DNA of 64,000 nt from Octopus vulgaris (lineage: Eukaryota), in the NCBI GenBank assembly GCA_951406725.2, contig OX597822.1, forward strand, positions 21,886,001 through 21,950,000. Direction: 5' to 3'. Position numbers and translations under genes: made by a program. The notes beneath the pieces were generated by a model. That model was not told the origin of the DNA. It saw only the letters and a list, made by a program, of their open reading frames with translations, and did not search any database. Below, piece after piece: positions 62,637 through 64,000 of the stretch. The stretch's first letter is position 1. The number at the start of each line of letters is the position of its first letter.

Positions 62637-63957
62637 CAAGGGGGTGCCCAAACGAAACCAGAATTTTGCAGTATTATTTTATCCACTTAGTTTTACATGT
62701 TTATACTTTTATCTCCTTCAAAGTATTCTCCATTTGAAGCAATGCATCGGGGCAGATTCGTTTTCCACTGTTCTGGAGATCTTGAGAAGTGATGCCTTTT
62801 AATTCCTCCATCATTTTTTTTCTTCACCTCTTCTACATTTATAAAACGTTTTCTTTTAAAGACATTTTTCATTTGGGGAAACAAAAACAAAAATAAAATG
62901 TCACAGGGAGCAATAAAGAATCACAGGTGAAAAAAGAGGGTGGGCAAGTGGGGTCATGCCATTTTTGGTCAAAAACTGTTTCACACTCAAGGGAGTGTGT
63001 GTAGGCATATTGTCGTGATGAAATCACCACTCTCCACTTTACCACAGGTCAAGGTGTTTTCATTTAACCACATCTCGCAAACACTTCAGAAATGCCAAGT
63101 AACATTTCTGGTTAATAGTTTGACCAGGAGGAACAAATTCTGTGTGGACAATTCCTTTTGCATCGATGGAACATATCAGTATTGTCTTGACATTGGACTT
63201 TGCTTGATGCACTTTTTTGGTGTGTGGTGACATTGACTGCTTCCATTGACTTGATTGCTGCTTCATTTCTGGGTTGTAGCTGTAGCACCAGCTCTTGTCA
63301 CCAGCAGTGACCTTCGAAAAATGGTTTTGATCAACTTTCAACTGTTCTTTCACTTCTCAACATGCATTCAGTTGTAACTGCTTTTGATCTTCCGTGAGCA
63401 AGTGAAGCACAAATTTTGCTGCAAATCCTTTTATTTGCAATTCCTCATTCAAAATTCGTTGACAGGAACTCCAGGACACACCAGTCATATCAACAAGTTC
63501 ATCAATTGTTTGGCAATGGTTCTCCAAGATCAGTTCATAAATTTTCGTGATGTTTTCATTCATTTGGGAGGTCAACGGTCACCCTGAACAAAGTTGGTCT
63601 TCAAGCGAGAAGTGACCATTCCTAAAGCACGAATGCCACTTGTAAATTTGTGTTTTGTTCATGACAGTATCCTTGTAAGCTGTTTGAAGCATGAAAACTG
63701 TTTCGGCCACTGTTTTCCCCAGCAGGAAACAGAATTTCACAGAAGCATGCTGTTCCTTCGTTTCAGTCATCACAAAAATTGATGAACAGGTAAGAAACAC
63801 TGCAAAGCAAAGACACACCATGTAACAGTACGGCTTCAGTGGACACTGCTGGTCAGCAGACTGATGCAGGAGGGTCACATCATGTGGCAGAAGCCTGAAC
63901 TACAATGGACTTGTCCCACAGAGACTGTTTCTGATTACTTTTGGGTAACCCCTCTTG
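62637..63957 (-). mobile_element. Full-length (~1.3 kb) but inactivated mariner transposon
   Basis: Imperfect TIRs TA|CAAGGGGGTGCCCAAACG...CAGAA and TTCTGATTACTTTTGGGTAACCCCTCTTG|TA. The transposase EQHASVKFCFLLGKT...AAKFVLHLLT...VTAGDKSWCYSYNPEMKQQSSQW...FHHDNMPTH...FLFPQMK is split by stops. Confidence 0.92.
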
Positions 63958-64000
63958 TATTTATATATGGGATACAGCACTTTGGTATAAAGCGATTTGG

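Overview
AT-rich, microsatellite-dense animal genomic DNA with no recognisable intact host protein-coding gene, rRNA or tRNA gene. The repeat landscape resembles Octopus/coleoid cephalopod DNA; this is an inference and was not verified. The window is a graveyard of mobile elements: Tc1/mariner transposons (a DD37D maT-type remnant, four mariner copies, a hidden pogo/Tigger transposase), a decayed Helitron with a PIF1 helicase, fragments of non-LTR retrotransposons (CR1-like, RTE, R4/Dong, L1/Tx1), at least three kinds of Penelope-like element (PLE) fragments, several modular tRNA-derived SINE families and palindromic MITEs. Most ORFs in the supplied track are translation artefacts of (TA)n, (CA)n and trinucleotide repeats. 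The most striking signal is a set of unrelated short non-coding elements carrying hammerhead ribozyme (HHR) cores (CUGANGA...GAAA...NUH), often with palindromic stem III and arranged in tandem or inverted pairs. These include a tandem pair that could excise a 544-nt monomer RNA (21250-22260). A second notable pattern is a stack of elements inserted into (TAA)n tracts next to an R4/Dong 3' end. All calls were made by eye, and boundaries are approximate unless termini are quoted.
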